Assembly: GCA_002496015.1 (NCBI GenBank)
Contig: DAIF01000006.1
Coordinates: 7,403 to 71,402 of the forward strand
From: Candidatus Pacearchaeota archaeon UBA73
GTDB taxonomy: Archaea; Nanobdellota; Nanobdellia; Pacearchaeales; GW2011-AR1
Direction of reading: 5' to 3'
Length of the DNA: 64,000 nt
Notes under the pieces: generated by a model
What the model was told of the DNA's origin: nothing
Database searches by the model: none
Seen by the model: the letters and a program-made list of their open reading frames with translations, nothing else
Shown: positions 1 to 9,482 of the stretch, one piece after another
Layout: each line of letters opens with the position of its first letter
Numbering within the stretch: position 1 is the stretch's first letter
Program-made: the position numbers and the translations under genes

Positions 1-249
1 GAGCTGCAGGCGGCAGTTGATTCGGCGTGCGAGAAATGCGGGTTCGCGCGGGAAAAGAGGTTCATGTCTCATCTGACTGTTGTCCGCGTGAAGTATGCTA
101 AGGCGAAACGCGAGTTTGTTGAATATGTGCGCAAGATTGGAATCAGGAAGGTGGAGTGGAAAGTTGAAAATTTTAAGTTGATGAAAAGTGAGTTGAGGCC
201 GACGGGTCCGGTTTATACAGTGATTGAGGAGTTTGGGTTGAGAGAATAG
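1..249 (+). CDS. thpR: RNA 2',3'-cyclic phosphodiesterase / 2'-5' RNA ligase (2H family), 5'-partial
   Basis: Frame is open from base 1 (ELQAAVDSACEKCGFAREKRFMSHLTVVR); second HxT motif (HLT) and the typical C-terminal LMKSELRPTGPVY. Confidence 0.85.
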   Translation, partial: ELQAAVDSACEKCGFAREKRFMSHLTVVRVKYAKAKREFVEYVRKIGIRKVEWKVENFKLMKSELRPTGPVYTVIEEFGLRE

Positions 250-405
250 TTCTTTAAATGAGGGTAACATGAATTTTTTACGAAGGAAACTAGTGTCTCG
301 GAATTATATGTGCGGGGCTTTTGATTTTGGGGAGGCGGTGAGGGATTTGCAAGTGGGAATCGAAAAAGCAACCAAAAAGATAATTCCGAACAACGTCATT
401 CTACC

Positions 406-668
406 GGTTCTGTTGAAAATCTTTCAGAAATGTCTGCGCCCAGATAGTCTGATTTGCTTCGCAAATCAATAATTGATAGCAGACATTTCGAGTTTTGCGC
501 AGGTTTCAGATTCCCACTTTGGATTCTCCTACGGAGAAAAACCCTGCTCGCAGACACGAACGTAAACATATTTATTCAACTCGGTTCGTACCATGCTCGC
601 CCTGTCCACCCCAAATCCCTTCGCCCAAATTTTAGTAAACTGCAATTTTCGGTTTTTTCAACAGAGCC
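406..668 (+). mobile_element. MITE-like non-autonomous element, subfamily I
   Basis: TIRs GGTTCTGTTGAAAA / TTTTCAACAGAGCC; flanking direct repeat cATTCTACC (397-405) / tATTCTACC (669-677); interior shared with copies at 14049, 39051, 49544, 59682. Confidence 0.85.
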
Positions 669-712
669 TATTCTACCAATAAACATATAACCTCAAGGTT
701 TTTCTCACATTT

Positions 713-2266
713 ATGAAAGAGATATCTCTAAGTCCAAGAGACTACCAGCAAAAAATATTCGAAACGGCTAAAGACAATAACACTCTAGTCGTCCTTCCAA
801 CCGGCCTTGGAAAAACGCTCATCGCCTTGATGCTTTCAGTAGAACGCCAAAAAAAGTTTCCGGGCAAAAAAGTCCTTATGCTCGCTCCTACGCGACCTCT
901 AGTAGATCAGCACTACAAAAGCTATCAAAAAAATCTTCCGGAACTCTTTGCAGACCTCCAGTTGTTCACCGGCGAGATTCCCGCAAAGCAACGCCAAAAA
1001 ATTTTTCAGACTGCAGACATAATTTTCTCGACTCCGCAATGCATAGCAAACGATCTCCGTTCCGGGTTATACTCTTTAAGTGATGTCTCGCTACTGATAA
1101 TCGACGAAGCCCATCGTTGCCTGAAAAACTATGATTATACAAAAGTCGTAGATTTTTACAAGCGCCAAACTCCGGATGACCTCAGGAGAATACTCGGTCT
1201 TACTGCCTCTCCGGGAAGCGAACAGGAGAATGTCAAGGAAATTTGTAAACACCTCGATGTTTCAGAGATAGAAATCCGCTCCCGCGATTCTCCGGACGTT
1301 AAGCCCTATCTTCAGGAACTTGAGTTCGAGAAGGTCGTAGTTCCTTTCCCGCCGGAGTTTCTGGAAATTAAACTCTTACTAAAAAAAATATTCGATTCTA
1401 AAATAGAAGAACTCCGCCGGCGCAATTTGCTTTTCGGACCGCCAAATAAGTTCTCCCTGCTTAAACTTCAGGGTCAACTCGCAGCTCGTTACACAAACGC
1501 AAAAGACTTCAACGCGATGATTGGCATGTCCCTTACCGCAACCGCGATAAAAATTGCTCATGCTCTCGAACTTCTCGAAACCCAAACTCTATCCGGCGTT
1601 AACGAATATTTTAATTCATTGATAGAACAGGCAAGCCAGAAAAAATCAAAGGCGGTTCAGAATCTTGTCAAGTCTGCGGAATTCAACGCTGCAAAAATCG
1701 CTGTCCAAAATCTCCTAACAAAACAGGTTGAACATCCGAAAATCGAAGAGACTGCGGTCCTCGTGGAAAACCAATTTAAAGAAAAACAAAACTCGAAGGT
1801 CATAATTTTCACTCAATTCCGCGAAACAGGCACGACCCTCACCCGTCGATTGAATCTCATTCCCGGAATAAACGCTCAGGCATTCTTTGGCCAAGCCAAA
1901 AAATCTGGCACGGGCTTGTCGCAAAAAGAACAAAAAGTAATAATCCAAAAACTCAACGGCGGAGAGATTAACGTCCTCGTAGCAACTTCCATAGGCGAAG
2001 AAGGCCTCGACATCGCAGAAGTCTCCACAGTCATTTTCTATGAACCAATACCGAGCGCGATAAGAAAAATCCAGCGCACAGGCAGAACCGCGAGACTAAA
2101 GCCCGGCAAGTTGATTATATTGGTTACAAAAGACACTCGGGATGTGATAAATCACTATGCTTCAACTGCCCGCGAAAAGAAAATGTACGATGTTCTCAAA
2201 AACGTCAAGGCAGACATCAAAGAAGAGAACTACAAAAAAATAAAAACCTTCAATGACTTCAAATAA
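713..2266 (+). CDS. hef: Hef/FANCM-type DEAD/DEAH-box helicase (stand-alone helicase half)
   Basis: PTGLGKT, DEAH, LTASPG, EEGLDI and QRTGRTAR motifs. Confidence 0.92.
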   Translation: MKEISLSPRDYQQKIFETAKDNNTLVVLPTGLGKTLIALMLSVERQKKFPGKKVLMLAPTRPLVDQHYKSYQKNLPELFADLQLFTGEIPAKQRQKIFQTADIIFSTPQCIANDLRSGLYSLSDVSLLIIDEAHRCLKNYDYTKVVDFYKRQTPDDLRRILGLTASPGSEQENVKEICKHLDVSEIEIRSRDSPDVKPYLQELEFEKVVVPFPPEFLEIKLLLKKIFDSKIEELRRRNLLFGPPNKFSLLKLQGQLAARYTNAKDFNAMIGMSLTATAIKIAHALELLETQTLSGVNEYFNSLIEQASQKKSKAVQNLVKSAEFNAAKIAVQNLLTKQVEHPKIEETAVLVENQFKEKQNSKVIIFTQFRETGTTLTRRLNLIPGINAQAFFGQAKKSGTGLSQKEQKVIIQKLNGGEINVLVATSIGEEGLDIAEVSTVIFYEPIPSAIRKIQRTGRTARLKPGKLIILVTKDTRDVINHYASTAREKKMYDVLKNVKADIKEENYKKIKTFNDFK

Positions 2267-2267
2267 A

Positions 2268-2669
2268 ATGTCTCAGAAAATAGCTGACGGGAATACAAAA
2301 ATATTCTATTTTATTGGAATCCTTTTTATAACTGTGTTGATTACTCGCGGCCTTTCATTAATAACTGACCCGGATCCGATTTTTATGGGTTTTGAATTGC
2401 ATCATTTTCATTACGGAATAGTCTTGCTGATTATTATAAACTTGGCAATGCTCTTTGGCAAAAGCCATCCTCGTTTATACTTAATTCTTTCTGCGATCTC
2501 AATCGGACTTATTATAGATGAACTGATCTATATTGCAAACCATATAGAGGGTCCGGTACGTTATGATGCAACGATAAAATCCGCATTCATTTTTGCGCTA
2601 ATCATTGTAATAATAATTTTAATCATTTTCTACGACGTCGTAGGAAAAATCAAAGGCAAAATAAAATGA
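2268..2669 (+). CDS. hypothetical 4-TM membrane protein (HHFHYG motif)
   Basis: Four hydrophobic segments; ATG at 2268 just after the helicase stop; overlaps the next gene start. Confidence 0.7.
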   Translation: MSQKIADGNTKIFYFIGILFITVLITRGLSLITDPDPIFMGFELHHFHYGIVLLIIINLAMLFGKSHPRLYLILSAISIGLIIDELIYIANHIEGPVRYDATIKSAFIFALIIVIIILIIFYDVVGKIKGKIK

Positions 2670-3322
2670 AATCTCTCTACAATATTTTCTCCGCAAAAAA
2701 AATTCCGGAACAAAAAATAAAAATCCTCATTGACCACCGCGAAAAAAACTCCCTCGTCCCTTCTCTGCTTGCAAAGCACGGCTTCCAACTCGAATGGAAA
2801 CAACTCCCGGTAGCAGACTATATTGTAAGAGAAACCGCAGTCGAGAGAAAAACAGTCTCCGATTTAAATTCGTCTATAATAAACAAACGCATTATCTCCC
2901 AGCTGCTTGAATTAAAACAATATCCAAAACATCTCTTGCTCATCGAGGGAGTCCTCGAAGAAGATTTGTATAATTCCGGAATTCACGAGAACGCCATCCG
3001 AGGTTTTCTCCTTTCAGTCGCACTTGAATTTCAAACTCCTTTAATTTTCACGCACAACGAAGAAGATACTGCAAAATACCTCGAAGTCCTTGCAAAAAAA
3101 GACAAACCTTCAGAGTTCTCACTTAGAGCTTCGAAAATAACATTTTCAAAGGAAGAACAAGTTCAATTTATTCTGGAAGGCTTCCCGCACATCGGGCCGG
3201 TCAAAGCAAAAAAACTTCTTGAAAAATTTCACACACTAAACAATATTTTCAACGCGAGCAAAGAAGAGTTATCTCAGATACTTGGAATAAGAGCAAAAGA
3301 ATTCAAGGATCTTTTGGATTAG
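2666..3322 (+). CDS. ERCC4/XPF-family structure-specific nuclease with HhH domain
   Basis: IDHRE...ADY...VERKTVSDL nuclease motif; C-terminal PHIGPVKAKKLL HhH. Confidence 0.92.
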   Translation: MKSLYNIFSAKKIPEQKIKILIDHREKNSLVPSLLAKHGFQLEWKQLPVADYIVRETAVERKTVSDLNSSIINKRIISQLLELKQYPKHLLLIEGVLEEDLYNSGIHENAIRGFLLSVALEFQTPLIFTHNEEDTAKYLEVLAKKDKPSEFSLRASKITFSKEEQVQFILEGFPHIGPVKAKKLLEKFHTLNNIFNASKEELSQILGIRAKEFKDLLD

Positions 3323-3372
3323 CATATATTAATAAAAGACGGTCCGGAGTTTGTTATGCTGTCTATACAGTT

Positions 3373-4980
3373 CTATCGTCCTCCGCCCCCGCCTCCGCCA
3401 ACCCCTCCTCCACCCACACCTCCGCCGCCCGCCGCCCCGGAAGAAACTGCGAAAGAAGTAGCCGAATAATGAACTCCTATATAAAGATGGTATTCATTCT
3501 CGTTAATCAAATGTCTTGCCTTAAGTTCCCTGATGACTTTTGATGAGACTCCAAGAGCCGTAGAGTAAACTAAATAATGCTCCCAAAGTTTGACTGCCTG
3601 CGAGCCTTCGTGCTTCATTGCAAAACTGCCCGCCAGCCATTTCTTGAACGCCTGCCAATGCTGGTATTCACGATAAAAGTCGCCCTTAAATCTTGTGAAC
3701 AATGCTGAACTGGAAAGCGCGATCAGAAACACAAAAATAAAAACTCCCCATGGGATAAGGACGATAAGGTTTTCAAAAGAATATGCTACTACTAAACCTG
3801 CCGCCACCACAATCACAAAAGACAAATAAAAAACATTCATCGATAAATAGTTCTTGCCTTCCTCCTTAACTTCTTTCTTTAGTTCATTAAATCTTTTCTT
3901 CAATTCAAAACTAATCATGAATTGCTCTGAAGTTTTCTGTAGATTGAAATATTTTCCATCGCGATTCTTATCTTTCGCATTCGCTTGCAGGTAGGAAAGT
4001 ATTTCATAAAATTTTGTTTCTACTTCATCAAGCTTCTTCGGCTCATTTAATTTCACCATCACCTGCTTTTCATCTTTTAACTTTATGTCAATAATCTTCT
4101 TATGATAGAACTCTATCAACAAAGCAGATATGAAATCTTTGTCTATTGTGGAGAAGGGTGGGTTGAAATACGCCGCGATCTGCCAGGCTTTTCTTTCTTG
4201 TGGATAAGAACTCATTTGGCTCGGAAAATCGGTATGCGTCTTTTCCCTTCCAAAAATATACCACATCCCAAAAAATAAAAATGCAGGTAAAATTAATAGA
4301 ATGAACTTCAATATCCTTTGGGAGCTATCAAACTCAAAATTCTCGAGATTATTAACGTTAAACATTGAAGTCTCACCTTCATACGGTGCATAAACAATCA
4401 CGTCTTCATCCGGATAATAAACCTCCTTCCTGACAACTTCTTGGCTGGTCACAAAATTATCTCCCATTCGTTTATGATTTCCCGCAGAATAAACAATGAA
4501 CTTGATGTAATTCCTGCCGTCAATCTCGAAAAGACTGGTCGGGTGAAGATCGTATCTAGCAGATAGCCAATAATTCTGTCCTTCAAAAAAACCGTATTCT
4601 GCCCCGAATGTGCATCCATATTCGTTACTCTCTGTGTATGGAAGACAATTTAATATTTCAGTTCCGTCTTCAAAAAAAGTGCAAGTCCCATCATAGTCTT
4701 GTAGATATGCTATTCCAGCTTCGCATTCCACCTCTTTCACTAAAATATATTGAGGATGCGGAGGGGCTATTGCAAAGGCAGGGTCTTTGAAATCCCTAAA
4801 AAACGTATGATAACTTTTGTCAGGTTCATAAAAAAGTTTCTCCTCGACGCTTAATCCCTCAATGCTCAACTCTGCCCTGTAAAAATTAAACTCCCATGAC
4901 TCTCCGTCGAAGTAATAAACCCCGACCCCGATAGCAAAAAGTATAATTGAGATAATGATGGCAACATTCATTTCCTTCAT
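3373..4980 (-). CDS. DUF2207-like membrane protein
   Basis: N-terminal signal/TM, internal TMs, WxxFKKWL...WEHYLVYSTALGV and a Gly-rich C-terminus. Confidence 0.8.
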   Translation of the reverse strand: MKEMNVAIIISIILFAIGVGVYYFDGESWEFNFYRAELSIEGLSVEEKLFYEPDKSYHTFFRDFKDPAFAIAPPHPQYILVKEVECEAGIAYLQDYDGTCTFFEDGTEILNCLPYTESNEYGCTFGAEYGFFEGQNYWLSARYDLHPTSLFEIDGRNYIKFIVYSAGNHKRMGDNFVTSQEVVRKEVYYPDEDVIVYAPYEGETSMFNVNNLENFEFDSSQRILKFILLILPAFLFFGMWYIFGREKTHTDFPSQMSSYPQERKAWQIAAYFNPPFSTIDKDFISALLIEFYHKKIIDIKLKDEKQVMVKLNEPKKLDEVETKFYEILSYLQANAKDKNRDGKYFNLQKTSEQFMISFELKKRFNELKKEVKEEGKNYLSMNVFYLSFVIVVAAGLVVAYSFENLIVLIPWGVFIFVFLIALSSSALFTRFKGDFYREYQHWQAFKKWLAGSFAMKHEGSQAVKLWEHYLVYSTALGVSSKVIRELKARHLINENEYHLYIGVHYSATSFAVSSGAAGGGGVGGGGVGGGGGGGR

Positions 4981-5024
4981 AAAAAAATAAGGTCAGCCCA
5001 GATTAAAAAACTATTCTTTAGATT

Positions 5025-5101
5025 TGCTCGTTGAAAATACTTTTTGGGTTCGGATTATATTGAAAGTGGAGTCTGCAATTTCTGGTTTTTTCAATAATGC
5101 C
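5025..5101 (+). repeat. degenerate remnant of the MITE-like family
   Basis: TGCTCGTTGAAAA left end; TGCAATTTCTGGTTTTTTCAATAATGCC resembles the right end of the 406-668 copy. Confidence 0.5.
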
Positions 5102-5270
5102 ACAGTATAGGAGCATTTATATAGCCAGGATTTTTCATTTTTTTGACTAGCGGAAGGTTATCTTCGATGCGGTCAGTAAATGGAACGGTATAGTTTAACG
5201 CGGAAATTACGCGCATCGAATGGAAACAGTTTTTTCTTAATGTTAATTAAAGATTCGGGAGGTAAAATAT

Positions 5271-5495
5271 ATGGGTAATTTTGGAGAGCGAGGCGGTGGA
5301 CGAGGCGGTTTCGGAGGCGGACGCGGTGGCGGTGGCAGGGGTGGCGGATTTGGCGGACGAAGAAACTTCGGACCACGAGAAATGCACAAAGCTACTTGCG
5401 ATGAATGTAAGAAAGAATGCGAAGTTCCATTCAAACCTACAGAAGGCAAGCCGGTTTATTGCAAAGAATGTTACGCGAAGCATAAGAAATTTTAA
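5271..5495 (+). CDS. CxxC-x17-CxxC zinc-ribbon protein with RGG-rich N-terminus (putative nucleic-acid binding)
   Basis: MHKATCDECKKECEVPFKPTEGKPVYCKEC; strong SD GGAGGT; T-rich terminator downstream. Confidence 0.9.
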   Translation: MGNFGERGGGRGGFGGGRGGGGRGGGFGGRRNFGPREMHKATCDECKKECEVPFKPTEGKPVYCKECYAKHKKF

Positions 5496-5581
5496 TTTCT
5501 TATAATTCTTTTATTTGTTTTTTATTCTATTTTAATTGATGTTAAACACGAATTTATAAATAACTTCTACTTCGGATTTTT

Positions 5582-6709
5582 ATGAAAGTCTGGACCGTGG
5601 TTGTTGTGAGTTTAGTCGTAGTGGGTTCTGTGATGCTTTTTTCTTTTCTTAATGGAAATAATGGAAGAGGATTTGGGGGATTGAGAAATGAGCGCGGCTG
5701 CTTAGTCGCGGCAGGTTATGAGTGGAATGAAAGCGAGCAAGAGTGCATGAGGGGCGGGGGGTATCAGGTCAGAGATTTTCAGTCTTGCGTTGACGCAGGT
5801 TATTCTGTCGGAGAATCTTTTCCAAGGAAATGCAGTACGCCCGGTGGGAGGAGTTTTGTAGAAGGCGTTGATTTTTTCGCGATATTCAGTGAGCAGTTGA
5901 GAGTAAGGGCAATCGCTAATCTTGGGGCGATACCGATAGAGGGGTTTGATGCTGATATGTATATGGACGTTTTTCCCGGACTGATGCGTAGTGATTTCAA
6001 CGGAAGCGGGGCGATCGGGGGTAGGTGGTTGTATGAAAACGACGAACTGACTTTTGTCAGAGAAGATTATACGCAGATTAGTTCTGCTGACGGGACTTTA
6101 ACTAATGCAGGAATAATGCAATTATACAAGAATCTGATAGAGAGATTAGGGATTGACATCCAGAGAATATCTGATATTGAGGAGATATTTAGGGTGATTG
6201 AGGGTGGGGAGAATTGGAATGAGGATGAAATTATCTTGATGAGGAATATGCAAACTGGAGAGTATATGTGTTTTGGTTGTGATGGTGAATTGTGTATTGA
6301 TCCTGCGCAGGTGATGAAACTCGTCGCTGAAACTCCTTCGATTCATTGCACGATAGGTTTTGATGTGGTTGGGGCGGTTGAAGAGTATGTGCCTGTGCCA
6401 CAATTTTTCCCGGGAGACTCGAATTGTCCTGCAGGACAAACAGGAAGGTATGAATATGGTGGTTTTATCTTTAAGCTGGTTGATTGCAAGCCGTTTCCGT
6501 TTGATTTGGGGAACATTTGTGGCAGTGATGCTGAGTGCGAATTCGGGTGTGTTACAACCAAAACCGATTTGTCGAATGTTGGCTGTGCTTTGGATTTCTG
6601 TCAGAATAGCTCGGTGTTCTGCGAAGGAATTCGTGGGCGGTGCGGACCTTATGGAGATGAAGAATTTAGAATTTTTGCGCCAGGTCAAGTGAAATGGGTT
6701 TGTGGATGA
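5582..6709 (+). CDS. membrane-anchored extracellular Cys-rich protein
   Basis: N-terminal TM; short disulfide modules (GCLVAAGYEW...C; FQSCVDAGY...SFPRKC); TTTATAAATA about 25 nt upstream. Confidence 0.75.
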   Translation: MKVWTVVVVSLVVVGSVMLFSFLNGNNGRGFGGLRNERGCLVAAGYEWNESEQECMRGGGYQVRDFQSCVDAGYSVGESFPRKCSTPGGRSFVEGVDFFAIFSEQLRVRAIANLGAIPIEGFDADMYMDVFPGLMRSDFNGSGAIGGRWLYENDELTFVREDYTQISSADGTLTNAGIMQLYKNLIERLGIDIQRISDIEEIFRVIEGGENWNEDEIILMRNMQTGEYMCFGCDGELCIDPAQVMKLVAETPSIHCTIGFDVVGAVEEYVPVPQFFPGDSNCPAGQTGRYEYGGFIFKLVDCKPFPFDLGNICGSDAECEFGCVTTKTDLSNVGCALDFCQNSSVFCEGIRGRCGPYGDEEFRIFAPGQVKWVCG

Positions 6710-6886
6710 TCATTCGTCTTCGAGATCTTCGAATTTGACTTTCCATTGATTGTCCCACATTTTTTTGCGCTTTTTGCTGCAGGCGTCGCAGTATTTTCTT
6801 TGGAAACGGGCGCGAGGGTTGGTTTCGAACTCTTTGCCGCAGTCAAAGCATTTTATTTTTTTGGGTTTCGGAGATATTTCTATCAT
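6710..6886 (-). CDS. small zinc-ribbon protein, 58 aa (absent from ORF track)
   Basis: Hand translation MIEISPKPKKIKCFDCGKEFETNPRARFQRKYCDACSKKRKKMWDNQWKVKFEDLEDE; two CxxC pairs; starts 1 nt after the upstream stop. Confidence 0.8.
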   Translation of the reverse strand: MIEISPKPKKIKCFDCGKEFETNPRARFQRKYCDACSKKRKKMWDNQWKVKFEDLEDE

Positions 6887-6887
6887 T

Positions 6888-7550
6888 TTAGTTGATGTAT
6901 GTTATGTTTGCGTTTTGGCGCAAGTTTTCTAGGTATTTTAAGATCGCTTCCTGCTCTTCCTTTCTTTCTAGCGCTAATCTAAGCTGTTCTGAGATCTGCT
7001 CATAAGAAAGCGCGACTTCGCCAGTAAACAATTTATCTTTGTTTTCGTTATAGTAAGCTAATGCTTGGGCATTGGTTACATTAGGTCTTGTTATCGCGTT
7101 ATTTAGATATTTTTCAATCAAAAGTTGTTTTCTGTAATATTCTATTTCTTCTTCATAACTTTCATTTTGCGATTCAACTTGCGCCCTGAAATCCTCTAAT
7201 GTTTGATTTCTGGTTACAAGGATTTTCCCAATTTCCAATTCTGTTTCCTGCGTTGTCTGGGCAAATCCGTGTTTTTGTGCGTCGTCAAGAATCAGCTTTT
7301 CATCAATCATGCGCTGGATTGCTTCGGTGCGATTGACCATTCTTTCGGATTGGGCTTCAAGATATTCTTGGGCTTTTTGCACTTCTTCTTCTGTTATAGG
7401 ATGATCGTTTACGTAGGCAACTATTTTCTCGGCGGTTTGGGAAATTGTTTCTCCGGTTATGGTTTGTGAAAAATCTTTTTGTGTTAAATGGATTACGGTC
7501 AGGGCAATTAGGGTGATTGCAATAATACTAAACAATATTTTTCCAATCAT
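6888..7550 (-). CDS. SurA N-terminal-domain (PrsA-like) extracellular chaperone
   Basis: N-terminal TM; VAYVNDHPIT, MIDEKLIL and YLENLRQNANI motifs; no parvulin domain visible. Confidence 0.8.
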   Translation of the reverse strand: MIGKILFSIIAITLIALTVIHLTQKDFSQTITGETISQTAEKIVAYVNDHPITEEEVQKAQEYLEAQSERMVNRTEAIQRMIDEKLILDDAQKHGFAQTTQETELEIGKILVTRNQTLEDFRAQVESQNESYEEEIEYYRKQLLIEKYLNNAITRPNVTNAQALAYYNENKDKLFTGEVALSYEQISEQLRLALERKEEQEAILKYLENLRQNANITYIN

Positions 7551-7649
7551 TAGAGAGGTGAACAGTCTGGCTATTTAATTGTTGTGGATGTATGTTTTGG
7601 AACTTTACTTCGTTCTCTGTAAAGCGTAATTTTGAATATTCTTTTATGA

Positions 7650-8645
7650 TTAGATAAATTGTGATATTATGAAGTATGTTGCGGCGCCGATTAGCGCAGA
7701 GATCGGAATTGTAAGAATCCATGCCCAGACTATTTTTCTTGCAATGCCCCAGCGGACTGCGGACATTCTTTGAGCTGTACCGACACCCATAATCGCGCCG
7801 GAGATAACATGGGTTGTGCTAACAGGGATTCCGAGCAGGGAGGCGGTGATGATTGTTCCAGCGCCGGCGGTTTCTGCAGCGAATCCGTGAATTGGTTTTA
7901 ATTTAGTAATTTTCAATCCCATTGTTTTCACTACCTTCCAGCCGCCCATTAATGTGCCCAAGGCGATAGTTGCGTGAGAGATAATTACTACCCAAAACGG
8001 AACGTATAATGTCGAGCCCAATAGGCCTGCAGTGAATAATGTGATTGCAATGATGCCCATTGTCTTTTGAGCGTCGTTTGTTCCGTGACCGAGATTGTAA
8101 ACTGATACTGAAATTAATTGGAGTCTTTTGAACCAGTTGCTTAATTTCCTTTCCGGAGTTTTTCTTACTAGGGCGATGATAAAGATAAAGAACAGATGGG
8201 CCACTGCAAATCCGATTAATGGTGCGATGAAAATGAAAGCTATAATTTTTATGACTCCTGTCCAGATTATTCCGTTTGCGCCGACTGCAATTAAGGCTGC
8301 CCCCACGTATCCTCCGATAAGGGCATGGCTTGCTGAGATAGGCAGACCGAGAAATGTTGCGGCATAAACCAAGAGTATTGCGCCGATTAGACCGCTTAGA
8401 ATTATCCAGAGGGAAACTATGGATGGATCGATAAGTCCGCTAGCGATTGTTGTTGCCACTGCTACTCCAAAGACAAATGCTGCAACGAAATTTGCGATGG
8501 CAGCGAGAAATACTGCCTGGCGTAAGGTAAGAACCCGCGTAGCTACGATTGTTGAGATTGCATTTGCAGCGTCATTAAAACCGTTGCCGAAATCAAAAAT
8601 TAGAGCCAGGAGGATTATAACTGCAACTAAGATAAATTCAACCAT
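7650..8645 (-). CDS. pit: inorganic phosphate transporter, PiT family
   Basis: NGFNDAANAI and HGTNDAQKTMG signatures; multi-TM. Confidence 0.93.
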   Translation of the reverse strand: MVEFILVAVIILLALIFDFGNGFNDAANAISTIVATRVLTLRQAVFLAAIANFVAAFVFGVAVATTIASGLIDPSIVSLWIILSGLIGAILLVYAATFLGLPISASHALIGGYVGAALIAVGANGIIWTGVIKIIAFIFIAPLIGFAVAHLFFIFIIALVRKTPERKLSNWFKRLQLISVSVYNLGHGTNDAQKTMGIIAITLFTAGLLGSTLYVPFWVVIISHATIALGTLMGGWKVVKTMGLKITKLKPIHGFAAETAGAGTIITASLLGIPVSTTHVISGAIMGVGTAQRMSAVRWGIARKIVWAWILTIPISALIGAATYFIISQFI

Positions 8646-9279
8646 GTTTGATTACTATATTTTCAATGATGACAGAGATGTCTTCAATTTTGTCTGTAAC
8701 TAGCTCCAGGTTGTAGTAAACGTCTTTTAACTTTATCATTTCAGGAGCGTTTATTTTTTTCGCATAGAGTTCAGCCATAGCTTTTTCAAATAAGTCGTCA
8801 GCTTCATTCTCAAGCTGATGAATTTTTATTCCGTTTTTCTTTGGGAAGTCTATTTTCTTTAAATGAATTAAAATGATTATTATTTCTTTCATTCCTTCTT
8901 TGATGATTTTTGAGAGTTCTGTTATACACTTGTCTGTTTTTTTCAGGTCATAGAGAACTATTTGTTTTGTGGTGCTGTGGATGAGGTCTATTACGTCGTC
9001 TAGTAATACTGAAAGTTTGTTTATGTCTTCTTTGTCAAGAGGTGTGATGAAGACTTTGTTAAGGCTTTCGTTGATAAAGTGGGTTATGCGGTCGCCGCGG
9101 TGTTCAAGTTCTTCTATTTTTTTGAGATATTCCAGTTTTTGTTCTTTTTTTAATTGGGGATATTTTCCGATGAACTCTAGGAAAACGTCTATGCCTTGTA
9201 AGGCGTTTTTTCCCTGGTCTTCAAGCATATTGAAGAACTTGTGTTCTCTTGGGACGAAGAAATCTAGTAGACCTCCCAT
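8638..9279 (-). CDS. DUF47 / PhoU-like phosphate transport regulator
   Basis: LEHRGD...FITPLDKED...LENEADD; adjacent to pit; start moved to ATG 9279 because the longer ORF runs into a repeat element. Confidence 0.88.
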   Translation of the reverse strand: MGGLLDFFVPREHKFFNMLEDQGKNALQGIDVFLEFIGKYPQLKKEQKLEYLKKIEELEHRGDRITHFINESLNKVFITPLDKEDINKLSVLLDDVIDLIHSTTKQIVLYDLKKTDKCITELSKIIKEGMKEIIIILIHLKKIDFPKKNGIKIHQLENEADDLFEKAMAELYAKKINAPEMIKLKDVYYNLELVTDKIEDISVIIENIVIKHG

Positions 9280-9324
9280 TATTGGAAAAAAATAATGGTT
9301 GTTTTTAAGTATTGTTGTATAAGA

Positions 9325-9470
9325 GGCTCTGTTGAAAATTTTCGCCTCAGATAATTGGACTTGCCGATTTTGTAATAATATCTCTGCGTTCGTAAATTGG
9401 ACTTGCCGTTGAGTGCGGCGCAAGTCAAATAATAGCGGCTCGGCGCGTTTTTGGCTTTTTCAACAGAGCA
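9325..9470 (+). mobile_element. MITE-like element, subfamily II
   Basis: TIRs GGCTCTGTTGAAAA / TTTTCAACAGAGCA; perfect 9-bp duplication TGTATAAGA (9316-9324, 9471-9479); internal AATTGGACTTGCCG x2. Confidence 0.88.
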
Positions 9471-9482
9471 TGTATAAGAAGA

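Noticed and set aside
454-690. Track ORFs with recurring peptides (also 14101, 39331, 49528-49808, 59518-59979)
   Set aside because: They are translations of the non-coding repeat family, in inconsistent frames, with no transposase motifs
3373-3440. GC-rich low-complexity tract (also 5290-5360)
   Set aside because: Explained by Gly-rich coding sequence
9280-9423. N-terminal extension of the DUF47 ORF
   Set aside because: It runs through the MITE; the family-like sequence starts at ATG 9279
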